Positions 54,450 through 64,000 of a stretch of DNA of 64,000 nt are shown in pieces. Location of the stretch: NCBI GenBank assembly GCA_965226065.1, contig OZ245332.1, positions 585,672 to 649,671 of the forward strand. Direction: 5' to 3'. Numbering within the stretch: position 1 is the stretch's first letter; every line of letters starts with the position of its first letter. A program made the position numbers and the translations under genes. This stretch comes from Spirochaetia bacterium. Its GTDB lineage: Bacteria > Spirochaetota > Spirochaetia > WTKD01 > G963693115. The notes beneath the pieces were generated by a model. That model was given only the letters and a program-made list of their open reading frames with translations. It was not told the origin of the DNA and did not search any database.

Positions 54450-54995
54450 ATGAAATATAAAATAAAAATATTACGGACATTCTATGTGATATCCATTACG
54501 ACACTTCTAAGCTTTTCCACATCATGCGACAATACGATTGCTGCAATGTTTGGAGGATTCATACCCTCTGGAAACAACAAAAAACTATCGAAACCTACGG
54601 AAACAAAAAAACAAAAATCAAAGGAAAACGCAAAAAAGACATATAATAACGCAAAAAAGACATATGATACAGGCGATTATACAAATGCTATTTCTTATCT
54701 TGATACATCAATAAATCAAGATCCAACAAATGCAGAAGCATATACCCTAAGAGGATATGCTAAAACAAACATCAATGATGCAGCTGGTGCAGTGAATGAT
54801 TTTACAAAAGCTATTAATCTACATAGAGAGACATGGGCAAAGGAAAAAAATAAGAATACTACAATTATTCTACTAAGAAAGATAATAGATCTTCTAGAAG
54901 AGAGAGCCTTTTCCTACAAACAACTAGGAAGAGATGCAGAAGCAAAAAAAGACGAAGAAGATGCTAGAACCCTAGAAGCCTCACTAGAAAGATAA
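54450..54995 (+). CDS. TPR-repeat lipoprotein
   Basis: Lipobox FSTSC; TPR pattern AEAYTLRGYAK...AVNDFTKAI; 21-bp tandem duplication (NAKKTY x2). Confidence 0.75.
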   Translation: MKYKIKILRTFYVISITTLLSFSTSCDNTIAAMFGGFIPSGNNKKLSKPTETKKQKSKENAKKTYNNAKKTYDTGDYTNAISYLDTSINQDPTNAEAYTLRGYAKTNINDAAGAVNDFTKAINLHRETWAKEKNKNTTIILLRKIIDLLEERAFSYKQLGRDAEAKKDEEDARTLEASLER

Positions 54996-56201
54996 ATTAT
55001 GTGAAAATATATCGCGTGCATATCCCGATAAAAGACAGTTTGCATTATCAAACTCATCGCTTTTTATTACAGATACGCGTACATGCGAAAGACGAATAGA
55101 CTCATTCATTGATGGTATTACTTTGTTCACACTAAGCGCGTAGCGTTGTGAAGATGTACTACCACCTAAAAACAAAGGTGCAATAAAACAGCTCAGTTTA
55201 TCTACAAAGCCTCTCGTTAAAAATGCCTTAGTAAGCGTTGCCCCCGCTTCAAGCATTATTGTATAGACGCCAAGATTTACGCAATGGCGTAATGCTTTTG
55301 CAATTGCTACCTTTCGCTCAGCGTTATCTACTGCATCATCAGAATTCACACATACAATATGCGCACCAACACGTTCTAATGTGTGACGTGCCGTTTTATT
55401 ATCATAACCTGCTTCAGTAGTAAATATGACAACAGAAGGATCTCTGCGCGGCAAAGTAAACACATGTGCTGTAGGTGGAGTTTGGAGCATGCTGTCAAAT
55501 ATCGCAAGAGAAGGTGAAGTTCCACGTACATGACGTACAGAATAGCTCGGGTTATCTTTGATAATTGTGTCGACTCCCGTGCATAGCATGTGTGTCTGAC
55601 TTCGCATTTCGTGCACTTTTTTTCGTGCATGAGCGTTGCTAATCCATGCGGCACTTCCATCTTGCGCAGCCATACGTGCATCTAAGCTTTGCGCTATTTT
55701 TGCATGCACAAACGGACGCGTATAAACAAGCTTTTTCTTTTCAATCTGCGCACTGGCATACAACGCATAGATCGCTTCATTTATCATTTTTTCGGCATGC
55801 GTATAATTTGAGAGAATTTCTACATGAATGTTGTGCCCGCGAAGTGCCTCAATACCTCGTCTACACACCTTTGGATTTGGATCAGTTGCCGCAATATATA
55901 CATGCGTTATGCCAGAGCGAATTATAGCCTCAACACATGGAGCTTGCTTTTTTTCACTCCACGTACCGCAGCATGGTTCTAAGGTACAGTAGAGCGTTGT
56001 GCCCCGTGTTTGAGAAAAAGAAAGCTTTCCAAGAGCATCGCGCTCTGCGTGCAAAAACCCTCGCATTTTGTGATAACCGGTGGAAATAACCCGTCCATCT
56101 TTTACGATAACAGCACCAACACGAGGATTAGGAAGTGTATCGCAAACATGCGCTTTTTTGGCAAGAACCAATGCTTGTTTCATAAATGCATCATGGTGCA
56201 T
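54984..56201 (-). CDS. ribD: Riboflavin biosynthesis bifunctional deaminase/reductase
   Basis: PNPRVGAV, HAE, TLEPC..PC, DPNP, KIAQSLD, WIS, DNP. Confidence 0.93.
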   Translation of the reverse strand: MHHDAFMKQALVLAKKAHVCDTLPNPRVGAVIVKDGRVISTGYHKMRGFLHAERDALGKLSFSQTRGTTLYCTLEPCCGTWSEKKQAPCVEAIIRSGITHVYIAATDPNPKVCRRGIEALRGHNIHVEILSNYTHAEKMINEAIYALYASAQIEKKKLVYTRPFVHAKIAQSLDARMAAQDGSAAWISNAHARKKVHEMRSQTHMLCTGVDTIIKDNPSYSVRHVRGTSPSLAIFDSMLQTPPTAHVFTLPRRDPSVVIFTTEAGYDNKTARHTLERVGAHIVCVNSDDAVDNAERKVAIAKALRHCVNLGVYTIMLEAGATLTKAFLTRGFVDKLSCFIAPLFLGGSTSSQRYALSVNKVIPSMNESIRLSHVRVSVIKSDEFDNANCLLSGYARDIFSHNLSF

Positions 56202-56273
56202 AATTTTGTCCTCATTATCATCTATGATTGTATCTCATGTATAGAATGTTTCGTGTAATTATCATTTTATTGT

Positions 56274-57920
56274 ATGATAATTCCTTGTAGTATAATAAAC
56301 ACTATGAGTGTATCAATAAATCCTTCGTACTTACAAAGCGATGGTTCAGACATCATAAAAATGTTACAGAGATTTAACATACAAGGACAAAAAGAAATAG
56401 ATATATTTCAAAGCTTGGTTAAAATACGAAAAAGTAAAATCTTATATCAAGATGCACTTGAAGCGACAAATCTCAAAAATAATTCACAGCTCTTCATGAA
56501 TGTAATGGAGAAGTTTGAAGAATGTCAAATTGCAGTTTTTAGACACGACTCTCAAAAAAATAATTCCGAAGACAAAGATTATGTTCGTCTCTGTGATGAA
56601 GGATCTTTAGTATTCTATGCAGAATACATCACCGAAATGATTACTGCTCTTAATAGAGGAACAAATACCCTACTACCTTTAGTCTCAGAAATAGAAAAGA
56701 AAGGAATAAAAATTCCAAAGAATTTTATAAAAGCATACAATACTGAATTTGTAAAATCTCTCCAACAATCAGCCTCTGAAAATGTGAATGAAGTCTGGTC
56801 TATCATAAGCATTCAAGTACAAAATGAAACATTTTTGTTTACTCCTTCAACTTTGCCCTTTATATGCGAAATGTGTATTCGAAGGGTACAATCTCTAACT
56901 GAACAAGGAAATATCATTCACACACTTGCACGCGTTTTTGACTTAACATTGTCTGAAATGCGACTAAAAATAGAATCTCGCGATCTTTTGACATGGAAAA
57001 ATTTATCGGACACCATATATTCAAAAATGGATTCTTTAAAGGGACAACAAGATTTCAAGGCATATCCAGATTTTTTTATAATTTTTGGTGTCTTGCACTT
57101 TCTCTTAAAAACAAAAATTTTGCAAATAGAAAGCGAACATCAGTTTAATGAGAGCTGTGTAAGTTTTTCAAATAGTATCATCACAAAAATGCTTGAAACA
57201 CCTGACGGCATGTTAGAACAACAATTTCAAAATTTATTACAAGAAACGGCTCAAAAACTTTCTCTGACCGATACCGATAAGTGTATTGAAAAATTTTTAT
57301 CAGAATCGGTAATTAGCGCAAGTGATTTTAATGGAAATAATTTACTACCCATTATCAATATGGATAAATTTTATATTCACACCAACGATTTAAAACACGT
57401 GATATCCGATAGATATTTCAAGCTAGAAAATAAACTCGCAGACCATTATCAAAAACTCTTAAAAAAATATCTTTCTGGCTCCCTTTCTCCAAAAGAAATT
57501 GTATTTTTTAATGAAGATACACTTGAAACATCGGTACACGAAAAAATTATGAAACTTGATGAGCTATACTACAAAATACTCAAACATCCCATAATACTTG
57601 CTTCAATTATCATCGAAAGCGGTAAAGAGGCACAAAAAAACGATAATGATACACAAGATAACTATCTAAAACGTTCCTCAAACTCTGGACGCTTAAATTT
57701 GTTCTTCAATATTCAAACACAACGCTTGCTACAGTGGTACGTTATATTTAACTTAAATATACCAAAACTAGGTGAGCAAGCATACCAGCAACTCGGTTTT
57801 TTCAGAAAGTTATTACTTCTTTTTACGGGAAGGTACCAAAGTCTTCGGACTCGCTTACGTCGTCTTAGCACAACTTCAAGTGGATCAGGGGCACTTCAAG
57901 GTAAAGAGTTAAAAAAATAA
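56274..57920 (+). CDS. Hypothetical protein
   Basis: 548-aa uninterrupted ORF; no motif recognised. Confidence 0.65.
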   Translation: MIIPCSIINTMSVSINPSYLQSDGSDIIKMLQRFNIQGQKEIDIFQSLVKIRKSKILYQDALEATNLKNNSQLFMNVMEKFEECQIAVFRHDSQKNNSEDKDYVRLCDEGSLVFYAEYITEMITALNRGTNTLLPLVSEIEKKGIKIPKNFIKAYNTEFVKSLQQSASENVNEVWSIISIQVQNETFLFTPSTLPFICEMCIRRVQSLTEQGNIIHTLARVFDLTLSEMRLKIESRDLLTWKNLSDTIYSKMDSLKGQQDFKAYPDFFIIFGVLHFLLKTKILQIESEHQFNESCVSFSNSIITKMLETPDGMLEQQFQNLLQETAQKLSLTDTDKCIEKFLSESVISASDFNGNNLLPIINMDKFYIHTNDLKHVISDRYFKLENKLADHYQKLLKKYLSGSLSPKEIVFFNEDTLETSVHEKIMKLDELYYKILKHPIILASIIIESGKEAQKNDNDTQDNYLKRSSNSGRLNLFFNIQTQRLLQWYVIFNLNIPKLGEQAYQQLGFFRKLLLLFTGRYQSLRTRLRRLSTTSSGSGALQGKELKK

Positions 57921-57939
57921 CCTTGACTTTTACTGTGCA

Positions 57940-59184
57940 ATGAAAGAACTTGCCATAATCGGTGGAGGCATTCATGGGTCTCTATTGTTTGTAAATATAC
58001 CCCAAGAAATACGAAAACATACTGTCATCATAGATACACATAATGCTCCTTTAGCTCGCTTTATCTCACAATGTAGATCCGTCGGAGTTTCGTATTTACG
58101 CTCTCCCGGTAGTCACTCCATCCATCGCGATTTTAGAAGTTTATTTCGCTATGCACGCAATAATGGTTTTGGATCATCTCATTTTTTAGGACGATACCTC
58201 ACGCCATCGCTTGCTGTTTTTACATCTCATGCTCGCGATCTTTTACAGCAATGTAATGTAAGAAACCACTGGATACAAGGATATGTCAATCGCATGCTAT
58301 ACGAAGGTGACGCATGGCACATAGAATATCAAAAACACCAAAGACAAATGACAGAGACTCTTTCTGCGCGTCGTGTTATTCTCGCTATGGGACAAGACGA
58401 TGCGAATATACCTTCGGCATTCACCAATTCACTCAATTCAACACATCATGTATTACACGAATCTTTTATAGAACCAAATCCACAAACCCGCGTATGCGTC
58501 ATAGGTGGCGGCATGAGTGGCACGCAGTGTGCGCTGCGCTTGGTAAAAAAACAGCAGCATGAAATACGCTTACTATTGCCATATCCGCATGCAGTAACGC
58601 ATTTTGACAGCAACCCTTGCTTTATCGGACCACGCTGTCTACCTTCATTTTTGAACCTTAAATCTTACGAAGAACGTGCGGCAATGTTAAAAAAGCATCG
58701 CTATCAGGGCAGCATAAACCCTGCAGTATTTAAAGAATACAAAGAAATTCAAGAAAATTCTAAACTGTCAAAACGATTTTCTACTTGCTATGGACGCGTG
58801 ATAGCAGTACGTAAGATTGAAAAAAATGCTGTTGAAAGTAGTGGTACATATGAAACAGAATACGAAATTACACTTTCAAATGGTAATCAATACACATGCG
58901 ACGCTGTCATATGCGCAAATGGGCTAAGAACTATGCATAGTACCGAAGCGACTACAAGCATAGCACCTCACCAAAAGCTGATACAAAGCCTTATACACAA
59001 TTACAATTTACCTCACCTTGCAGGAAATTTTCCTATAGTATCACCCCAGCTTCAATGGCATTCAAACCTGTTTGTAAGCGGTGCACTTGCCGAATTTGAA
59101 ATCGGCATTGCAGCTCGAAACATTATTGGCGCACACTTAGCGTATAGACGACTTAAAAACATCTGGAATAGCATCCTCTCTTGA
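57940..59184 (+). CDS. FAD/NAD(P)-binding oxidoreductase (lysine/ornithine hydroxylase-like superfamily)
   Basis: IIGGGIHG, LRSP, VIGGGMSG, LFVSGALAE..IG.AARNIIGA. Confidence 0.8.
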   Translation: MKELAIIGGGIHGSLLFVNIPQEIRKHTVIIDTHNAPLARFISQCRSVGVSYLRSPGSHSIHRDFRSLFRYARNNGFGSSHFLGRYLTPSLAVFTSHARDLLQQCNVRNHWIQGYVNRMLYEGDAWHIEYQKHQRQMTETLSARRVILAMGQDDANIPSAFTNSLNSTHHVLHESFIEPNPQTRVCVIGGGMSGTQCALRLVKKQQHEIRLLLPYPHAVTHFDSNPCFIGPRCLPSFLNLKSYEERAAMLKKHRYQGSINPAVFKEYKEIQENSKLSKRFSTCYGRVIAVRKIEKNAVESSGTYETEYEITLSNGNQYTCDAVICANGLRTMHSTEATTSIAPHQKLIQSLIHNYNLPHLAGNFPIVSPQLQWHSNLFVSGALAEFEIGIAARNIIGAHLAYRRLKNIWNSILS

Positions 59185-59536
59185 ACCAGTTATTATACGC
59201 TTAAGTACCGTGCCATCCGCACAGTAGCTCTAAATACATCTACTAATCCTACACTTATCAAATAGTTAGCGCTACCTAAGAACGCGATGGGATGAGTCTC
59301 TTATGTGCTAAAGATGCCTTTGTAAAGTTCGACTGCGACGCGAGGACACTATCTCCAAACGACCATACAAATAACATTATGAAATCAACAAGGGGAATAC
59401 ACATAATTAGGGTTGTTATCATCTATTGTCCAACTTATATAGTTTGATTCTTTTTTTTAATTTCCATATAAAAATCCTTATCATGAATTACTCCTATACT
59501 ACGTAAAAGTTTTCTAAGGATTAGAAAAACAAACTT

Positions 59537-59902
59537 CTACTTATTTGATGTCTGCATTGCGGTAGCTCTTTTGAACATGTCCACAATGTCTCTTCCGCTC
59601 TTGTCTACCCAACCGCTTAGATCTTGATTGAATGAAATTGCACCGCTAAACATTGCGGCCATGCTCCGCACACTCGATGTGTTTCACTGGCTGACATCAC
59701 CATTGAATAACCTCATTATGTAAAAAAGACAACTCATGTCTACGATGTCCGATGTATTGATATAGTTTAGATCTACTTCGTTACCGTGTGTTTGTATCGC
59801 TTTCTCAATTTCTGCTTCTAATTCTTTTTTGTCTTTTACTTTCATTATGTTTTTATTTTGCTCATGCTTCATCGATGGATGGGCTACCAACACCACACAC
59901 AA
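59537..59902 (-). pseudogene. DUF285 repeat protein pseudogene
   Basis: In-frame TGA (59684..59686) replaces the conserved Trp (GDVSQ*NTSSVRSMAAMF...KRATAMQTSNK*); degraded N-terminus. Confidence 0.8.
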
Positions 59903-59938
59903 TTAAGCATGCGGTATTGTTTTTACAACTATGTTTTT

Positions 59939-60571
59939 TTACCGTGCCCAACTCGGCTTATAATCTTCCTGCATTGCCGTTGCACATTGGAACATGTTTG
60001 TAATGTCTCTTTCTTCTTTCCTTGCCCATCCGCTGATGTCTTGATTAAATGCACTAGCACCATTGAACATAGCGTACATGTCTTCTACGTTTGAGACATC
60101 CCAATTATCAAGCGGCTGATTGAATGCCTTTGCTCTGTAGAACATACGGTACATATCGGTTACGTTTGATACATCCCAAGAATTAAGACTCTCATTAAAT
60201 GAAGTAGCCTTGTAGAACATAGCATACATGTTTGTTACCTTTGAGACATTCCAATTATCAAGCGGCTGATTAAATGCGGTAGCGCTGCCGAACATATATC
60301 TCATGTTCTTTACGCGTGAGACATCCCAGCCGCTAATATCTCCATTGAATGTAGACATGTAGTAAAAAAGATAGCTCATATCGGTTACGCTTGAGGTGTC
60401 GATATAGTTTAGATTTACTTTGTTGCCGTGCTCGGCTATTGCTCTCTTAATTTCTGCCTTTAATGCTGCTTTGGTTGTGAATTTCTCTTTAACTGCTTCC
60501 GCTATTTTTAAGTCGCATGAGATGAATAAAGCTACTGCAATAATTAGTATTGTTGTATATATTTTATTCAT
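59939..60571 (-). CDS. DUF285/BspA-like repeat lipoprotein
   Basis: Signal MNKIYTTILIIAVALFISC; cap NLNYIDTSSVTDM; five 25-aa repeats; KPSWAR end. Confidence 0.88.
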   Translation of the reverse strand: MNKIYTTILIIAVALFISCDLKIAEAVKEKFTTKAALKAEIKRAIAEHGNKVNLNYIDTSSVTDMSYLFYYMSTFNGDISGWDVSRVKNMRYMFGSATAFNQPLDNWNVSKVTNMYAMFYKATSFNESLNSWDVSNVTDMYRMFYRAKAFNQPLDNWDVSNVEDMYAMFNGASAFNQDISGWARKEERDITNMFQCATAMQEDYKPSWAR

Positions 60572-60730
60572 AGTATTTTTCCTTTTGTTTTAATTGTACT
60601 TTATTGATTGATAAATAGACAGAATGGTACATTATCCACAGTAAAATGTTATTACAATATAACACGCTTACATTACATTTTAGCCTGCACCTCATCAATG
60701 TCTGGACATTCTTTGTAGCTTGTTTTTTTT
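60572..60730. repeat. Intergenic spacer, copy 1 (homologous to 61860..62037)
   Basis: Shared blocks GTATTTTTCCTT, GATAAATAGACAG, ATTATCCACAGTAAAAT, CATTACATTTTA, TGCACCTCATC, GACATTCTTTGTAGCTTGTTTT. Confidence 0.85.
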
Positions 60731-60745
60731 TATACCATGTACCGA

Positions 60746-61279
60746 TTATGGCTTATTTTTTGTCTGCATTGCACTAGCTCCTATGAACATCAAACTCATG
60801 TCGATTATGCTTGAGGTATCCCAATCGCTGATGTCTTGATTAAATGATGTTGCATTAAAGAACATATCGCTCATGTACATTACTTTTGATGTGTTCCATG
60901 TATCTAGCGGCTGATTAAATGCGCTTGCTCCTCTGAACATACCGCTTATGTCTGTTACGCTTGAGACATTCCAACAATTTAAAGGCTGATTAAATACCGT
61001 AGCATTTTTGAACATATAACTCATGTCTGTTACCTTCGATACATCCCACCTACTAATGTTGCCGTTAAAAGTAGCGTTGTTTTCAAAAAGACTACTCATG
61101 TCGGTTACTTGCGAAGTATCGATGTAATTAAGGTCTACATCGTTACCGTATTTGCTTATTGCTCTCTTGATTTCGTCTTCTAGTTTATATTTGTTTTTTA
61201 CGATTATTCTTACACTTTCTTCGCATGAGATGAACAAAGCCACGGTAATAATTAGTATTGCGGTATATAGTGTCTTCAT
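60746..61279 (-). CDS. DUF285/BspA-like repeat lipoprotein (C-terminus slightly truncated)
   Basis: MKTLYTAILIITVALFISC; four repeats; ends KP* rather than KPxWxR. Confidence 0.85.
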   Translation of the reverse strand: MKTLYTAILIITVALFISCEESVRIIVKNKYKLEDEIKRAISKYGNDVDLNYIDTSQVTDMSSLFENNATFNGNISRWDVSKVTDMSYMFKNATVFNQPLNCWNVSSVTDISGMFRGASAFNQPLDTWNTSKVMYMSDMFFNATSFNQDISDWDTSSIIDMSLMFIGASAMQTKNKP

Positions 61280-61322
61280 AATAATTATTCCTTCAATGTT
61301 TACTTATGTTTTGATTATATTT

Positions 61323-61859
61323 TTACCGTACCCAGCGTGGTTTATTTGATTCCTGCATTGCGTTTGCGTCTTTGAACATCTGCGTACTGTCTCTTTCGCT
61401 CTTCGCTAGCCATCTGCTGATATTCTGATTGAATGTACTTGCTCCGCTGAACATCCCTTGCATATTTACAACCTTCGGGACATCCCACTTGGTAATGTCA
61501 CTATTAAATGCCGTAGCTTTGTAGAACATATATCGCATATCAGTTACGCGTGAGGTATTCCACTTACTAATGTCTCCGTTAAATGCCGTAGCTCCGCTAA
61601 ACATATATCGCATATCAGTTACGCGTGAGGTGTCCCATTTACTAATGTCTCCGTTAAAGGTAGTATTGTCTTTAAAAAGTAAGCTCATGTCGGTTACGCG
61701 TGAGGTGTCTATGTGGTTTAAGTCTGCTTCGTTTCCTAGTGCGTTTATTTCATGGGCAATTTGTTCTTGTAATTGGGGTCTGGTTTTGATTTTTCTATAA
61801 TCGCAAGAGATGAACAAAGCTACTGCAATAAGCAGTATTGTTGTATATAGTTTCTTCAT
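61323..61859 (-). CDS. DUF285/BspA-like repeat lipoprotein
   Basis: MKKLYTTILLIAVALFISC; near-identical 75-bp repeats (GDISKWxTSRVTDMRYMF). Confidence 0.88.
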   Translation of the reverse strand: MKKLYTTILLIAVALFISCDYRKIKTRPQLQEQIAHEINALGNEADLNHIDTSRVTDMSLLFKDNTTFNGDISKWDTSRVTDMRYMFSGATAFNGDISKWNTSRVTDMRYMFYKATAFNSDITKWDVPKVVNMQGMFSGASTFNQNISRWLAKSERDSTQMFKDANAMQESNKPRWVR

Positions 61860-62037
61860 AGTATTTTTCCTTGTGTTTCAATTATATTTACTTATGATAA
61901 ATAGACAGCGTTGTATATTATCCACAGTAAAATAATACTGAAATATACCGCGCTACCTACTTCAGTAGGGCAACGCTACCATTACATTTTACGCTTGCAC
62001 CTCATCGATGTTTAGACATTCTTTGTAGCTTGTTTTC
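61860..62037. repeat. Intergenic spacer, copy 2
   Basis: Aligns with 60572..60730; carries an extra small hairpin insert (CCTAC-TTCA-GTAGG). Confidence 0.85.
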
Positions 62038-64000
62038 TTACCGTATCCATCGTGGCTTGTTTGCTTCCTGCATTGCCTTTGCACCTCTGAACATGCTTGG
62101 GCTGTATCTTCCGATCTTATCTACCCAGCCGTTTAGATCTTGATTAAATTTAGTAGCACCGTAGAACATCGTTTGCATGTTTGTTACACTCGATACATTC
62201 CAATTATCAAGCGGCTGATTGAATGCCGTAGCATCTCTGAACATACTGCTCATGTCTTCTACGCTCGATACTGTCCAATTATTAAGACTCTGATTGAATG
62301 CCGTAGCATCTTGGAACATATTACTCATATCTTCTACGCTCGATACATTCCAACGATTAAGACTTTGATTAAATACCGTAGCACCTCTGAACATAGTGCT
62401 CATATCTTCTACGCTCGATACTGTCCAATTATTTAGTGGCTGATTGAATGCACTAGCACCGTAGAACATACCGCTCATGTCTATTACGCTTGAGACATTC
62501 CATTTATTGATATTTTGATTGAATGCCGTAGCGGCTTCAAACATACCGTACATTTTCGTTACGTTCGATACATTCCAACGATTAAGCGGCTGGTTAAATG
62601 CTGTAGCATCTGCGAACATACTGTTCATGTTTGTTACGCTTGAGACTTTCCATTTATTAAGCGGCTGATTGAATGCCGTAGCGTTGCTGAACATACCGCT
62701 CATGTTTTCCACACTTGAGACTTTCCATTTATTAAGCGACTGATTGAATGAAGTTGCACCGTAGAACATATTGTTCATGTTTGTTACGCTTGAGACTTTC
62801 CATTTATTAAGCGGCTGATTGAATGCCGTAGCATTGGTAAACATACCGCTCATGTCTTCCACGCTCGAGACATTCCAATTATCTAGCGACTGATTGAATG
62901 AGGTAGCATTAAAGAACATATAACTCATGTTTGTTACCTTTGATACATCCCATCCGCTGATATCTCCATTGAATGTAGTAGCCTCGTAAAACAAATAGCT
63001 CATATCGGTTATGTCTGAAGTATCAATATAGTTTAGATCTACTTCGTCACCGTGTGCTTGTATCGCTTTTGTAATTTCGGCTTGTAATGCTGTTGTGTTT
63101 GCGGGTTTGAATTTTGCCACTGTTAGCTGGTATGATGCTCTTTGTGCTTCGTACTTCGCACTCTCTGCCTTTCTTGCTGTTATCGTAAATGTATTGCCTA
63201 TCGCTGCTAGCGTAAAGTCTACTTTACCGCTTCCCGTATTGATGCTTGCACTTGCTCCCGTGGGACTTATGCTATATTCAATGTTCCTAGTATCACCGCG
63301 TACGCTTCTATCATTGCTAGCAACTTGTGTATAAGTATTTCTACCTGTTGCATACATGGTATTCTTGTTCACATCTACAAAGTTAAGCGTACTACCTGCC
63401 TGCCTTGTAAACTCAATAGGATCGCTTTCTACGCTTCCCGTATAACCTGTACGCTTTGCAACAATAATAATATTTGCTGCTGGCTCTGTTGCCGTTACTT
63501 CCCCGGTAGTCTCATCAAACGCTACCCCGGTTACGGCTTGTTTCAATTCATAGCTATGATCCGCTACTTTTGTAAGTCTGATAGGTGTACCCCAGCTCTC
63601 GCTTCTTTTGCTTACCGCTGGTTTTGTAATATCTCCTGTGTTTGTATTCGCTTGCACTCTTAGCTGGTATGATGCTGTTTGTACCTTGTACTTTGCATTT
63701 TCTGCCTTGCTTGCTGTTATTGTAAATGTCTTGCCGACTGCTCTTAGGGTAAAGTCTACTTTACCGCTTCCGGTATTGATGTTCGCACCTGCTCCTATAG
63801 GACTTATGCTATATTCGATGTTCCTAATGTCACCGCGTACGCTTCTATCATCAGTAGCAACCTGTGTATAAGTATTTCCACCTGTTGCATACATGGTATT
63901 CTTATTCACGGTTGCAAAGCGGATCGTACTACCTGCTTGCCTTGTGAACTCAATAGGATCGCTTTCTGTGCTTCCCTTATAGCCTGCACGCGTTGCAACA
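62038..64000 (-). CDS. Large surface protein: 179-aa tandem stalk repeats plus 12 DUF285 repeats (partial, starts beyond the window)
   Basis: Frame stays open to the window end (VATRAGYKGSTESDPIEFTRQAGSTIRFATV); 537-bp repeat period; 75-bp DUF285 repeats about 62140..63030. Confidence 0.88.
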   Translation of the reverse strand, partial: VATRAGYKGSTESDPIEFTRQAGSTIRFATVNKNTMYATGGNTYTQVATDDRSVRGDIRNIEYSISPIGAGANINTGSGKVDFTLRAVGKTFTITASKAENAKYKVQTASYQLRVQANTNTGDITKPAVSKRSESWGTPIRLTKVADHSYELKQAVTGVAFDETTGEVTATEPAANIIIVAKRTGYTGSVESDPIEFTRQAGSTLNFVDVNKNTMYATGRNTYTQVASNDRSVRGDTRNIEYSISPTGASASINTGSGKVDFTLAAIGNTFTITARKAESAKYEAQRASYQLTVAKFKPANTTALQAEITKAIQAHGDEVDLNYIDTSDITDMSYLFYEATTFNGDISGWDVSKVTNMSYMFFNATSFNQSLDNWNVSSVEDMSGMFTNATAFNQPLNKWKVSSVTNMNNMFYGATSFNQSLNKWKVSSVENMSGMFSNATAFNQPLNKWKVSSVTNMNSMFADATAFNQPLNRWNVSNVTKMYGMFEAATAFNQNINKWNVSSVIDMSGMFYGASAFNQPLNNWTVSSVEDMSTMFRGATVFNQSLNRWNVSSVEDMSNMFQDATAFNQSLNNWTVSSVEDMSSMFRDATAFNQPLDNWNVSSVTNMQTMFYGATKFNQDLNGWVDKIGRYSPSMFRGAKAMQEANKPRWIR

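Noticed and set aside
59185..59400. Possible ncRNA in the spacer after the oxidoreductase
   Set aside because: No convincing stems or recognisable RNA family motif found by eye.
59684..59686. In-frame TGA at a conserved Trp, suggesting genetic code 4
   Set aside because: Other Trp codons in the repeats are TGG, and TGA terminates intact genes (copA, murJ, metK); a TGG-to-TGA nonsense mutation is simpler.
61440..63030. Regular 75-bp periodic repeats as a CRISPR array
   Set aside because: They are in-frame coding repeats (25 aa) without a constant-repeat/unique-spacer structure; no cas genes in the window.
59537..64000. Diversity-generating retroelement acting on DUF285 genes
   Set aside because: No reverse transcriptase in the window and no TR/VR pair with adenine-specific differences was seen.

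Overview
AT-rich bacterial chromosome segment, most likely from a host-associated spirochaete (spirochaete-type lipoprotein signal peptides, pnp-dut-lptF-lptG order, second EF-G paralogue, pallilysin-like lipoprotein). The backbone carries der (3' end), folD, murJ, lptFG, dut, pnp, rpsO, nusA, tRNA-Val(TAC), fusA2, a Cu-type P1B ATPase, iadA plus an NhaC-family transporter, a GDP-fucose/UDP-xylose glycan locus, an ahcY-metK-metF operon, alr and ribD. Three accessory surface-lipoprotein loci interrupt it. (1) 10.1-13.1 kb: an alternating array of small Cys-pair lipoproteins and DUF285 (BspA-like 25-aa repeat) lipoproteins, almost all disrupted, several at A-runs. (2) 28.8-30.5 kb: a TPR+LRR lipoprotein whose SD-supported start is out of frame because of an (AT)12 tract; it is preceded by a 16-bp inverted-repeat element enclosing a terminator and bounded by a collapsed copy of copA. 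(3) 59.5-64 kb: a tandem array of DUF285 lipoproteins with duplicated spacers and repeat-to-repeat hypervariable positions. Together these suggest a modular, phase-variable surface-antigen repertoire. All functional calls come from motif recognition by eye; no database searches were run.
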